Source: the human T2T-CHM13v2.0 reference genome, Homo sapiens. From it: a DNA stretch of 64,000 nucleotides. Below are positions 1 to 14,355 of this stretch, one piece after another; within the stretch, counting starts at the first letter, position 1, and each line of letters opens with the position of its first letter. A program made the position numbers and the translations under genes. Below the pieces are notes generated by a model that made no database searches, was not told where the DNA came from, and saw only the letters and a list, made by a program, of their open reading frames with translations. Location: the NCBI RefSeq assembly GCF_009914755.1, contig NC_060928.1. One strand, 5' to 3'.

Positions 1-135
1 CTTCCCAGTTACTCCGGGGGCTGAGGCAGGAAGACTGCTTGAACCCAGGAGTTCAAGGCTGCAATGAGCCATGATTGTGCCACTGCACTCCAGCCTGGGC
101 AACAGAGCGAAACTCTCTCTCAAAAAAGAAAAGAA
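1..135 (+). mobile_element. Alu right-arm fragment (AluJ-like), cut by window edge
   Basis: GGCTGAGGCAGG...CACTGCACTCCAGCCTGGGCAACAGAGCG followed by A tail. Confidence 0.9.
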
Positions 136-200
136 GAGAGATCATTTATAGATACAGATATACAGATATCAGTATAGATAAAATAAATATACACATCTGG

Positions 201-488
201 GGCCGGTCACAGTGGCTCATGCCTGTAATCCCAGCACTTTGGGAGGCCACGGCAGGTGGACTGCTTGAGCCCAGGAGTTTGAGACCAGCTTGGGCAAGAT
301 GGCAAAACCCTGTCTCTACCAAAAATACAAAAATTAGCCAGGCATGGTGGCATGCGCCTGTAGTCCCCGCTACGTGGGAGAATCGTCTGAGGATGGATGG
401 CCACAGTGAGGTAAGATCATGTCACCGCACTCTAGCCTTGGTGACAGAGCAAGACCTTGCCTCAAAAAATAAAATAAAATAAAATAAA
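201..488 (+). mobile_element. AluJ-like SINE
   Basis: Alu left and right arms, (AAAAT)n tail, ACACATCTG target-site duplication. Confidence 0.9.
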
Positions 489-939
489 TACACACATCTG
501 AAAGGTTATCCAGACTATTAACTATTAACAATGAGACCTCTAGGGTATGGGAAGAGAGAACAGAGGAATTTGTACTGAATACTTAAAACAATTCTGTATA
601 TTGAAGTAAGATAAAATCTAAGGAATACTCACTCACTCGTTTTTCTTTTTTTAATTTTTTCTTTTTTTATTTACGTAATATTGGATCACTCATAAGTTTT
701 CAGTGGTTAATTACTACAGTTTAAGAAGACGTGTGATTTATTTTTAGATCTGACCCAGCAGATCATACCTCTCCCTTGAATTACATGGTCTTCTTTTGGC
801 TTCTAAGATGTCACACTCCTGTCTTAGTGGCCACTGCTCCTCAAGCCCCCTTTGCTAGCTCTTCCTCATCTGTCCAGCCCTAACCTGACCGTGCTATGTA
901 AGTCTTCTCCGTCTTCACCCCCTCCCTGGGTGACCGTTA

Positions 940-1660
940 TACTCCCAAACCTACAGGCCCCTCTCAGACCTCTGCCCTAAGCTCTAAACTCATAAGTCCA
1001 ACTGCCCAGTCCATATCACCACTAGGATGCTGATGAAACACCTCAAATGATGGTATCCATGGCTGAAATCCCCACCAAAACCAGCTCCATTCCATCTCCA
1101 TTCACAGCAGCCTCCTGCTTCCAGCTGCTCCGACTAAGATCCTCAGAATTGTCCTTGACTCCTCTCTTTCTATCACACCCCACATTCAGTCCATCAACAA
1201 ACCGTGCTGGCTCCACTTTGAACAAATATTCAGAATCCAGTCATTTCTTGCCACTTCCACTGCTCCTACCTGCATCCAGTTCTCCACATTCTCCCAAACC
1301 AGATTACCACACAAGAGCCTCGCCACAGGTCTCCCTGATCCACCTCAGCACCCCTAAAGTCTGTTCTCACCACAGCTGCCACAGGACCCTCATAAAATGT
1401 AAGTTAGATTGTTACCCTTGCCTGGAGCCTTCACATCTTCGTTGGCAGCAAAGTCAAGGCCCTTTCCGTGTCCTAAACAGCCCTACAGGTTGTTTTCCCA
1501 CCTTCAGCCCTACCCTTAGATCCTTCTGACTCCTCTGCTCCTCCTCCCCTCACTGATCCCATTCCCACCCTGCTGACATCCTCCACTCCTGGAATACCCC
1601 TTCCCGCCATATGCACAACCCAGGGGATCCTCCCTCAACTCTTTCAAGTCCTCTCCTCGA
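940..1660 (+). mobile_element. L2 LINE remnant
   Basis: C-rich degenerate L2-type sequence (CTCTCTTTCTATCACACCCCACATTCAGTCCATCAACAAA...CCACTTTGAACAAATATTCAGAATCC); boundaries approximate. Confidence 0.65.
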
Positions 1661-1677
1661 TTTAAAAATCACATCCC

Positions 1678-2014
<337 letters not shown>

Positions 2015-3189
2015 CTAGTTCATTTTTCATCACAGCACTTACAGTTTGTAATGTCAATTACGTACTATGGTTAGTTACTGTCTATAGTCCTGACACTGGG
2101 TGCAAGTGCCACCAAAGTTCAGATTTTCATCTGTTGTGTCCACTTACTATACCCCTAGCACCTAGTGGGTACTCAATAAACACATGCTGGATGAATACAT
2201 AGGTAACCTTTGCCCAGCCACTTATTATCGCAAAGATTTTAAACACATTCAATGCAAAAAAATTCCATTATCACCATTTTGCTGTTTTTGTCTGGAACTT
2301 TCCAAAACAATTTTCAATTAAGCATCTCCCCCAAAACCTCACTGCCCCACATCCAGTGCTGGTCTTTGCTGTTCCTGTCGTTGAGAAAAGCCCCCTGCTT
2401 TTTTTTTTTTTTTTTTTTTTTGCAAGTGGGGAGAGGCTTAGAAGGTTTGACCACAAGTGTTAACAATTATCTCCAAATGTTGAAATTTCTAGTGATGTTT
2501 ACTTTTTAGTCTCTTTTTGCCTGACTCTTGCCATCATGAGCACATTTTCCTTTCATGATCAAAGAAAACCACAATTGGAAATAATCCTCCTCTTCAAAAA
2601 TAAAAATAAAACTAAGTGAGACCACAGTTGAAATCATGCATTTGCCATCATAGCTCTGAAATGTGTGGCCGAAGAAATCCCACACACTCCTTTCCCCCTC
2701 TGAACACAGCCCAAGTGAGGCGGCACCACCACGGAGGGTGTGCTCCAGCACTAGTTTTTTTAAATTGTATTAGTTCTGAACATAGACTGATGTCACTGGG
2801 TAATTTGAAGACAATTAACAACAAACCAAAACTATCTTTAAATTGATCACTTAAAGATACAGGTGGTTCACCAGATTTAACAACAAAATCATGTTGGCTC
2901 AACATGCCGGTTTATTTTTTTTATTTTGCCTAATCAGCAATCTGTACACAACTTTGTGCCAATGTCTGGCCTATTTTAATATTTTTTTCTCCTGCTCGAA
3001 CAATATGCATGTTATTTTTTCCCCTCTTAATACCAGTGTTCAAATGGTGAAAGTTGTTTTCAAGAGAGTATATGGGCTCAGGGCCGCAGCATTTATCCAA
3101 GCCCACAGGAATCACTGAACTGAACTAAAAATATTTGATGAGCCTTCTTAATGCTTATCTTCCAATAGCAAATACAAGAATAATAACAC

Positions 3190-4430
3190 TAATAAAAGCC
3201 AGTATTTTCTGAGCACTTATTTTGGCCAAACACTGATCTAAGCACTCCAAGTTATCTACCCAAAGCCTGTGATCCCCACTTAAAAGATGAAAATACAGAG
3301 GTACAGAGAGGTCAAGAAAGTGACTCAAGGTCATACAACAGTAACTGGCAGAATTTCAATCCTGGCTCCAGAGTCTATACTCTTGTAGCACTGTGACTGC
3401 TGGGTGTCTGCTGTACCTGCCAACGTCTTTAGAGATGCTTCCTCCCACATCCTCTAAGCTCTATTCTGCCTTTGTTGCCTGGCAAACTCCTACTTAACCT
3501 TCAAAACCCGTCTTAAAACAACTTTTCCTGATACTCCTAGGAGATTTAATCACACTCTTCTTTCTACCCCCATATTCTTTGTTCATATGCTATTTCACTA
3601 ACATGTAGACGAATAAGTCTCCCCCATTTGACTATGAGCTCTATGTGGAAAAGAGCTCCATCTGATTTATGCATTAACTCCCTACACTTAATAAAATGCA
3701 AAAGAATGAATTTACAAATTTGAGGCCTTTCTGGTTTCATTTGATAATATAACAATATTCATTACGTGCTGACTATTCTAGGTACTTTAAGTATTTTAAC
3801 TCATTTAATCCTTACAATAACCCTACTGAGAAAGGCGCTATTATTGTCTCCATTTTGCAGATGTGGAGGTAGAGAAATAATTCAAAAATTCTATCACTCC
3901 CCAAGGCCAGAGCTGATAAGAACTAGAATTTAAACCCAAGCAGTCTGGCTCCATATTCACCACCTCCCTAATACATGTCTCTGAGGTCCACAGGAAAGGC
4001 TACACCCAGCTCTTGCCCATAATGCTACCACAAGGAACATGTCCTTCTTCTTCATGTTAATGGAGGAATAAGCGCCTGATGGATCTAGGAAAGCAGGGAT
4101 CCTGTCTGCCTGGGCCAACATGTACACTTACTGGCTAGCATATGGCCTGTCATTAAAGAGGAAGTTCAGGAGATATTTGTAGAATTATCAAAAATCATTT
4201 CCTTTTAGCTTTGAAACAATTGGTTTTTGAAATATAATAGCAGCAAGCACTGTTCAAAGTGCTATACATATATTGTTTTATCCTCAAAACAACTATAGGA
4301 AGATGGTGTTCTTTTTAGTCCTATTTTACAGATGAGTCAACTGTGGCACCATGAGGTTCAGTAACTTGCCCAAGATCACAGCATTAGAAGGTAAACCCAG
4401 GATTCAAACGCAGGCCGACTGACTCCAAAG
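3190..4430. mobile_element. Cluster of three MIR SINE remnants (~3190-3385, ~3760-3955, ~4220-4430)
   Basis: MIR core motifs such as ATTTTACAGATGAG, AACTTGCCCAAGATCACA, GGATTCAAAC. Confidence 0.65.
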
Positions 4431-4433
4431 GCT

Positions 4434-4981
4434 TGTGGATTAAGTGTCCTGTGGCTGCTGTAAGAAACTGCTATAAACTGGGTGGCTTAAAACAACCAAA
4501 ATTTATTCTCTCTCGGTTCTAGAAGCTAGAAGTCTGAAATCAAGGTGTTGGCAGAGCCATGATCCCTCCAAAGTCTTCAGGAGAGGACCCTTCCTTGTTT
4601 CTTCAAGCTTCCGGTAGCCCCAAGCATCCCTTGGTTTGTGGCAGCACAAGTCCAGTCTCTGCCTCCATCTTCGCATGTCTTCCTTCTGTGTGTCTGTGTG
4701 TCTGTCTTTATACGACACTCTACCTGTGTGTCTGTGTCCAAATTTCCCTCTTCTTCTAAAGCTTAAAGCAAGCCAGGATAAGCAAAACAAAACAAAAACA
4801 AATTTCCCTCTTCTTATAAGAAAACCAGTTATAAGGAATTAAGAACCCTAACCTACTCTATCCAGTATGACCTCACCTTAACATCTGCAAAAACCCTTTT
4901 CAAAATAAGGTTACATTTGCAGATATGAAGTATTAGGACTTCAAGTTATATTTTTGGGGGGGACACAATTTAACCCAAACA
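4434..4981 (-). mobile_element. MaLR solo LTR (MLT1B/C-like)
   Basis: GGTGGCTTAAAACAA...TTTATTCTCTC...GAAGTCTGAAATCAAGGTGTTGGCAG, ending GGGGACACAATTTAACCC. Confidence 0.8.
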
Positions 4982-5795
4982 GATGCCCTCAATAGAACTG
5001 ACTCCAGAGATGCACAGAGATAACTCGAGTCTCTTTAACCAGTTACCTTATAAATGCAAGATTTGCCAGTTCTCAAACTACCCTTCAGAGTAAGGAAATG
5101 GTTAATGGTTTGAGATTCAAGGTTTCTCTTTATACAGGTAAATGGAACACATCCAAAACATACATGAGAAACTTTCTTTGTCATAAAAAAGCAAGTCTTT
5201 CCCTAGAAGAGAAGCTAGTTAATATACCAAAAAAATTCCAAGGGCAGTACTTATAATCTGCCTACCTGCCCACTGCTAATTTATTGTGCACCTCCTTTTC
5301 TTGCACTAAAGCAACACCTTTGAATTTTGACCAATGAACAATAATTAAATAATTTGATAAGAGCAACCTATAATCATTGATATTTTATTTGTTAAACTCT
5401 TAATAGAGGTGCCCATTTATTTTAAAAGCTTGTGATTCTTTGGGATCTACAGCTAACAGTTTAAGATTACATGCAACTTTCAAATTTTCATTAACCTGAC
5501 AATAACTAGCCTTCAAGGAAAAACATAAATGAGGTACATAATTATTCAAGTAAAAGGGTATGTTTTGAATTTATCTTATTAATAGCTTCACTGTTCTTCC
5601 GGTGTCTAGTGGCAAACTTGTGCATTTGCTCTACATCAGCTATACTTTGTTCACTTCTAAATCATGAGAAATACATTCACCATGCACTGGCAGCCTGATT
5701 TCCTCTGTATGCTAGAAAACAAAGAAATTTCCACAATAGGCTAATTCAGAATTTGGCCCTTTAGACAGATTTGGGGAAATGATCTGGTATGAGTA

Positions 5796-5872
5796 ATTGT
5801 TAACCAACCCACTTCAAGAATTACTCTTTGAAATCATTGTTAACCAACCCATTTCAAGAATTACTCTTTGAA
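5796..5872. repeat. Tandem duplication, 40-bp period (37-bp unit x2, 1 mismatch)
   Basis: ATTGTTAACCAACCCA(C/T)TTCAAGAATTACTCTTTGAA at 5796 and 5836. Confidence 0.95.
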
Positions 5873-7185
5873 TGACATCAGACACAACTAAATGAATATA
5901 TTACGCTAGCATCACCTACATGGTGAAAAGCACCACGTAAGTTCCTTAACTCACTTTAAATACCAAAATACAGCATTCAAGTCAAAATGCACTATAGAGC
6001 AAAGCTGGTCAAAGCAAACATTGTGGTGAAAATGACATTTCTGAAAATCAAATTCTTATCATAAAATTCAATCAGCTTTCTTGTATTCTATTACCCTGAC
6101 TGAAATAGAAGAGGAAGTACTAACAGGTTATTCCAAAGGATAATTCAATAATTTTGGAAGAAATGAATGACCTATTTTTTTTTTAAATAAAATTAGCCTT
6201 TCTCTAGAAAAATTATACCACTATTAACATGGAATAATTTAGCAAGTAAAATTCTATTTTACTAGTACACCACATTAAAATGCAATTTTCAGACTAATAT
6301 ATTTACAGAGAATATTTTGAGACTGCCAGTTGCTCTCCCCTGGCGGCTGGAACTTATCCTCCGTGATTATCCTGAGCACATTCTCAGGACAGAATGCTCA
6401 ATGATTTGAGAAATAACTGATTTTTTTTTCCTAAAGAAAACATCGCAATACCAGTTACAGCCTTTAAAAGTATGTGTCACTCTATAGAGCATGTAGAAAT
6501 TTTCTTTGTTTAAAAAATGCAAAGTAGCTACAATTACAACCAAATACAGGTAGCACTTCTGACATCTTTCTCACACTGCTTGGTCCTTAGACCTCTCTAT
6601 CGTCCTGGGGAATTCCCAGTGTTACAATCTAGTAGCTCTTGTGTTTTAAGAAAATATTCAGGGTGTGTGTACATGTGTGTATCTGTGCATGTGTATTCAC
6701 ATATACTGAGTGCTTTCTCCTTTGCAAATTCTGGCCCCTTAATCTTCATCTAGTGCAACTCTAGCTGCATGCTCTCAAACAACCTTAGTGTGCCTCACCT
6801 TCCCCATCTGTATTAGGAGATTATAACAGTATCTACCTCTTAGAAGTACAGCATCAAATGAGATAATCCATGCAGTGCATTCATCACAGTGACAGTTGCC
6901 TTATACGGAGGGCTCATTAAACACTGACCTTTATAATTCCTATAGGATCCCATAAGATTCCTGTAGGGAAAGGAGGTAACTTGTTTAGGGTTACCACGCT
7001 GATCAAATCAAACCCAGAATCAAATCCCAACTGATACATTTCCCAAGCCTATCAAACTGTAATATGAAGTATCAAACACAGAGGGACTGTCATCTGTATT
7101 TTCTGAAGATAATAAAAGGGAGGGGAGACAGGTAAGAATAAAAACCCAAACCATGTAGTTGAATAAAAAGCATTTTAAACCTACA

Positions 7186-7245
7186 AAAGGTGGAGCATCG
7201 CTAATCTGAAAATCTGAAATCCAAAATGCTCCAAAATATGAAACA
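7186..7245 (+). mobile_element. Tigger4 (Zombi)-like DNA transposon end fragment
   Basis: GGTGGAGCATCGCTAATCTGAAAATCTGAAATCCAAAATGCTCCAAAAT resembles the Tigger4 terminus. Confidence 0.65.
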
Positions 7246-7879
7246 AAATATGAAAAGTGGCTAAATATCTTGATTACTTGCTCTATATAGCAAGAACTTT
7301 CACATGTTATCACAGTAAACCCTTCCCACAGCATGGCCAGGTAAGTATCACTAAAGATATTTTACAGATGGGAAAAGCACACGTGGCTCAGGGAGAAAAA
7401 GCTGTTCACCTCAGGGCACCCACCTATATCCGTCTATCCCAGAGTAAGGCCTGAATTTAAACCCAGATCTATACAGATAAAGCCTATGCTCTCTTTAGAA
7501 CAACATGGGCAAGAAAAAAAGGTTAGGCCAGCTAGTCACTTGGCTTTGAGAATACACTCAGCAGGGTAAATGGGAAAGGTGCCACAGTTTTTGAGAATAT
7601 GCCAATCAAGTTCATTTTTACCAAATTATCTCCAAAGTGCAAGTCAGTAATATACACGGCCAAAAATACGCCCCACATAGATCATACCCAATTCACAATT
7701 TGAAACCTGTCTGGATGAGTAGCTTGGTGTCAAGTTCAGGTGAGTGGCGTCTATACCCTCCCAGCTCCTGGGGTCTGTGACTTCCCCGCTCCTCGGAGCT
7801 TCAGACCCAGCAGCAGATTGCACTGAGGTGAGAACATGCCCCCAGGAGCTTCAGTCTAGTGCAAATTAATTTCTCCTTG

Positions 7880-8148
7880 GAATTTTAACTATTTTTAAGT
7901 GTATAGTTCTGCAGCATTAAGTACATTCACATTGTTGTACAATGATCACCACCATTCGTCTTCAAAACTTTTCGTCTTCCCCAACTAAAATTCTGTACAT
8001 ATTAAACAGTAACTCTCCATTCCTCCCTCCCCGCAACCTCTGGCAACTGCCATTCTACTGTCTGTCTCTAAATTTACTGTAGGCAATCCATACAAGTAGA
8101 ATTGTACAATATTTTTCCTTTTGTGACTGGCTAATTTCACTTAGCATA
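7880..8148 (-). mobile_element. L1MB-type 3' end fragment
   Basis: GTACATTCACATTGTTGTACAA...GGCAACTGCCATTCTACT...GACTGGCTAATTTCACTTAGCATA. Confidence 0.75.
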
Positions 8149-11100
8149 TGCCAGTTCTCTTTTGTTCCCAATTAGTTTGCTTAAAGAAACACCCCTGAAA
8201 TGCACATCCTTTAGAGGAAACAAAAATGAACACACAAGAATTATTTTTTCCCTTTTACTCATTGCTAACAGGATATAAAAACACTAAGGATGCTTGGGAA
8301 GGAGGAAGAACGATAACGCCAACAAAACCATCCACAATCCCACCAAGAAACCATACTATTTTTGTTTCTATTCATTCTCTTATAATCTTTGGCTTTATGC
8401 AAACAAATTTTTTACAACTGCATCACATAGAAACATTCACATTGCGTTGTTTAACTTGACCATTTATCAAAATGATGTATCTCTGAGCATTTCAAAAATT
8501 AACTTTCAAGGTCAATACTAACGTAAAATAAATGTGCTTTAATGAAAATCTGTACCCAGCTCTCCTGTTGTAGAAATAAGTTTAAACTACCTGAAGTTTC
8601 GCTGATATAAAGAAATTGTTCTTGACAAGACAGCACTGTATTGTTAATAACTGGGGCTGCAGAATGTAGGCAAACGTTCAAACCTTCACAAATGTTCGTA
8701 TAAAAATCATTTAAATGTTAAGCAAAATTGTATATATACTCCAAATGTGGCAGTCTATCTCATTATTATTTCTCTCATGGGAGAACAGCACAACAGGATC
8801 TAATGAAAATCCTGTTTTCTTTACAGGAAATAAAGATAATCATGCCACAAATCCACATTCTCCTCAGTTTTTTTTTTTAATTGGTTTTTCTTGCAATCCA
8901 CATGTTTTCAGAACTAAGAGGAAGAAAAGATAAAAATTCAATAAAACACCTCACTTTATTTTTGTTTCTTATTTCTACTTGCAGCTTGTAAAAAAAAGAT
9001 ACACATATACACACACACACGTGTACACGTAACAGCAGGATCTAGTACTAGTAAAGGAAAATGATTTAAACTGAAATAAAATTCAAGTCAGCAGGAGATG
9101 ACTGTGATCATGAGACAATGATACATAAACTGATGGAATGCAGAACTTCCTTTATTTTTCTTAGTAGAAATTATCTCAAATCTTAGGAAAAGAGGCATTT
9201 TTTGAAAATGACAGTGATCTGATTGCCAAGTCTCATGAATAAGAACAGTCAGTGTTAGTTTTGTTTCACCCCATTCACATATTTTCTGCTCAAATAATTG
9301 GAATTTGAATGCAGGAGGTTTTCCCCCCTGAATTCTGGAACATGGAGACCCTCTCCACAGTGATAGTATCCAACATATTCAGTGTTCATACTCCCTATCT
9401 CATTTAGGGAGAGCAGAAATGCCACGAATACAGAGACCACTAACAAGAGGGCCCCAAAGTCTAAGTTCCCAGAAACAGTAGGAACCTCCAGGAGCTGTAA
9501 GCCCCAATTCTCCCCAGTACTCCAGGCCTGGTTCCCTTCCTGTGTGAACTGTTTCCTGGGCCGTCTCCCTTTATGTCTCCAGCTCCATCAATCCTCTCCT
9601 CAGTCAAACCCCACTGCATCTTTCTGGAAACTGCTCCAAGCATGAGAAATCAGCAGCCTAGGATGGATGTCTCCTCACATCCCTGACAACTGAACCAAAC
9701 ACTTTTACTCTATATTGTTTTATCTTAACAAACATGCTTTTCAAAAAGACCCATCCTGGACTCTCTCAAATGAAAATTTTCAGTGAGCCTGCCCCACCTT
9801 GTCCACTTTCCCACTTGCTGTGCCAAGCAAGAACCATAAAGATATCAGAGAATGTTTAAGCTACTTCCTGAAGGAGTACTGAAAGGCAGTAAAGAACAGA
9901 CAGGAGGGATGGTCGCAGGCAATGGCAACAGGGGATAAAAGCCGAAAGGCCAGAGAAAATCTGGCATGTCGTAAGAACGAGATGGAAAGCAGATCATGAA
10001 ATATGTTCGGTACCTCATCAAAAAGCTTAGACTTCATCCTGAGGGCAGCAAGGAGCCCCTGAAGAGTTGGGATGATATGCCCAGATCTGCAGAAGATTTC
10101 AGAAGATCACCTTGGAGGCAGTGTACAGTAGAAACAGAAAGAGACCAGGAAAAAGGCAAGTGCAGCCTCCAAGGTGAGAAGCAACCGAGGTGGGAGGGAA
10201 GGTGGAGGCACGCATTCAGAAACAGCAGGCTCCATGCGGGAGCTAGAGTCAGGGTGCCTTAAGGAACCATAAGATAGAGGTCCAGGTGCACTGTGGAATA
10301 GACTTAGCATCCCTTCTCCTGGAAGCTTTGCCCCACACACTCCCCACACCCAAGCAGGATAAGTGCTCGTCTGGGAAGCACTGAGTATTTCTCCCAGTAA
10401 TACGTATCACATAGTACCGTCATTCATTCCTTAGCTGTCAGCCTTTCTCTATAGACCCAGAGCTCCGAGCAGGTAGAGGCAGTGGCCATCCTGGTCAGTG
10501 TCCACGTGTGGCATCTGGAACAGTGCCCAGCACTTGGGAAGCCAAACTGAGTGAACAGAGCTGGATAAGCCAGGAGGCCACTGCTCTCATTCAGGGGAGA
10601 GATGACTGTGTCATGGGAAAGGAATTCGAAAGATATAACAACTGAGCTTCTTAATTTCTCTCTAGTCACCATTCAAAACACTGAATGAAATGCTTTCCAA
10701 GTCAATTATGTTATGAAAATTCAACAGTAAATCTGATCTGTTGAGTGATGTCCACAAAAGCTCACATCCCTGTGGAAAGTCAGAAAGGATCATGGTTTGA
10801 GCCCTTTTACAAGCAAAAATTAGGCATAATTCTAGGCCACATAGAAACTGCCACCTCATTGGGATAACAAGTTTACCTTCTTTTGTTTTCAGAATAATTC
10901 TGCAAAGCCTCAAAGCAGAGGATGGAAACATTTCAAATCCTGCTGACATAGTCTGCATCTTTGCTTTGATTTTTAAATATGATTCCAAGCAGGCAGATAA
11001 TGTTGTGACCCAATTACGGGGTATTTTGGAAGTAGTAGGCACCCAACTTGGGAGTGGAGCTGGTGGGTGTAAAGGGAAGAGTTACTAAGCAAGCACTACC

Positions 11101-11759
11101 ACCTGCCTCTCAATCCTTCACGGGATTTTACAGAGAAGGGAGCTATGGCAATCAGGAAGTAATGCAACATCTCCCCTGACCCGCTTCCCATTTTCTCACC
11201 ATTCCCAAAATAGACAGAGCTAAGGAAAATCATAAATATAATTCTCAGCCCTCTAGGGAAAAGCTCATTAAGGGCATAAATTTGGGTCCCTGGGAAAAAA
11301 GGGATGAAAGGCAAAGCTATTAAAAATCTCAAGAGATGAGACAATGGGAAATAAAGCCAACGGACAAAAAGGAACTAGAAAAACACAAAAACTATGGCCA
11401 TTTCCTACACCAAAGCATACTTACAGGTAGGGCTACAAGCTCAACTGCCCTGGATACTCTAAACTCAAGCTCTTTAGAGTCAAAAGGTAAAGTTTTTGTT
11501 TAAAACTAAAAATAAAAATACTCGTTAAGTAAGGTCTTATCTCACATCAAGTATTGTTCTCTGCCCTTATACATTCACTGATGAAATCTTCACAACAATC
11601 ATATTATATAAGCACAATTAGTATTCCTATTTGCAGATGAGCAAACTGAGCACTGTGTAATTCTGTTGTCAAAGTACAATTCTGTTGCCCTTTGTCATAT
11701 GGCTATTAAATTGCAGAGCAGCACTGGGACTTGACCACTAAACCCCTGCTGCCTCCTTC

Positions 11760-11913
11760 TAGGGCTATCCTTGCACATGTTGTAGGATATTTAGTAGCAT
11801 TCTTAGCCTCTTCCTACTAGATGCCAGTAGTTATCCCTCCACAGTCACCATGACCAAAATGTCACTGCCAAATGTTCCCCAGTGAGCAAAACTGTCCTGC
11901 TTAAGAACTACTG
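11760..11913. mobile_element. MER20 (hAT-Charlie) fragment
   Basis: TGTAGGATATTTAGTAGCATTCTTAGCCTC...CTAGATGCCAGTAG...AAGAACTACTG. Confidence 0.7.
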
Positions 11914-12733
11914 CCACAGAGATTTGAAAGGCCAAATCCCGAGTTCCCTTACAAAAGGAGTAGCAAATCCTGGGTGGTAGGCAGGAATAAAATTGAGTTA
12001 AGGAAAGATGACAAAGGAAGCAGCTGAAGGGTTTGCTGTAGTGGGAATTTTACATGAGGAGTCACTAGCCACAGCTCTTGCCACTCTCGCAGGATTAGGA
12101 CAGCCTTCCTTCCCCTCCACTCCCATCACACACATGCCTCTACTGCAGCACCCTATAACCAATGTTCTGGTACATTCCTCTCTGTCCTCCTGAACTTAGC
12201 ACAGTGCCAGGCACAAACTATGTACTCAATAAGCATTTGCTGAACAAAGGAAGGAACAAATGAAGCCGAGGTTTCTGGATGTCACCAAATGAATGTCTCT
12301 CTTCACCAGTGTCCTGGAAAAGGTATACACAGACCTTGGTTCTTGGAGAGGACAAGAGGTTCTGATCAGATAATCTGAAGAATCTGAGTCTGAATCAATG
12401 CTTCCCAAGGTGTCTCTACACCCAAATCATGCCTCTGCTGTGTTCAAAATTTGCAATGTGGTATATGATCATTTCTTGAAATGTCAAGGAAATTTTAACG
12501 GTATTAGTTCCCCCAGGAATGAAACAACTCAAGAAACCTAACTCATGCTAAGGAAATTCTGATTTATTCACTTCCACTGACAAACAATACCACCTAGCAA
12601 ATTGTGATACTCAATGTGGCAGGTCGACTCTTGCCCAGGACAGAAGTCTACCTGAGAAACAGAAGGAAGATCAGAAGGTAAGAACAGAGCCAGCACCAAA
12701 GAGCAAGCAGGATGCTGCCAGGGAGAGGACCCA

Positions 12734-13146
<413 letters not shown>

Positions 13147-14065
13147 TCACCCTGGAGGGAATGATACTGCAGAGGTCTGGGCCAAGCTGGCTATTACACA
13201 ATTCTAGGTTCTATGGCTTTCACCCATCACCATTTCCTAGAATCACTAACTAAGAATTGCTAAAGAGTGTTGTTTTGCCAGAAAGAGGCCTGCATGCAAA
13301 GAATCAAATGTCAAGATACATCTTGAGGTTCACCTGCTGAAATTCACACTTCAACCACTTGCCCATTCTGTTCCCTTACACCCTCATCTTTCATCTTGGT
13401 GCTTTCCTTGTCATTCTCAAGCTATAATTCAAAAATAGTCACTGGCTCCTAGGGCACTTTCAAAATTAGCTCATTCACAGTTCCTAGGACCTTGGGTGAC
13501 TCTATATTCCTGGAAAGCCCAGGGGCCCCATCAGCTGACCCACAAACTCCACATGTTGGCCTGGCCTCCATGACTCAACTCAATCCCAAGGGCAGGCCTC
13601 CCTGCATCTCAGGCCCAGATTCCCAGACTTACCAATTTCATGGACCATTCAGCGGCTAGATAAAAATATTCCTATCAAATCATAAAAGAATCTTACCCAA
13701 AAATGAGAAAGGCATAGTATCAGAGAAAAGGACATATCTTCTTATTTGAACAATTATGACATATTCACTACATCATTATCATCATTGTGATAAGAACAGT
13801 GAAAACCACTAACCAACAATAAATGACCTGTGGGGCTAACATTATGCTCTGCATATAGGAGATACTCATTTACTTTTATATTGTGTGGAAACTGAGCTCT
13901 GACTTACACGACAGGGACACATCCCATACCTCCAGTAATGCCAGGCCTTCCTTCTTCAACAATGGCATTTCCCTTTACCCTCTGGAATTCCGCAAAGTCT
14001 CTCCAATCTATCTCACCCTCTTAAACACACGTTTTTCCTTCTACCTCGATTCCAATATTCTGCAT

Positions 14066-14355
<290 letters not shown>

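Noticed and set aside
1047-1529. 160-aa plus-strand ORF
   Set aside because: Lies in a degenerate L2 remnant; Ser/Pro/Leu-rich composition follows from the C-rich DNA; no recognisable domain
5796-5872. 37-bp direct repeats resembling CRISPR repeat length
   Set aside because: Only two copies with a 3-bp spacer, in human DNA with no cas genes; a simple tandem duplication
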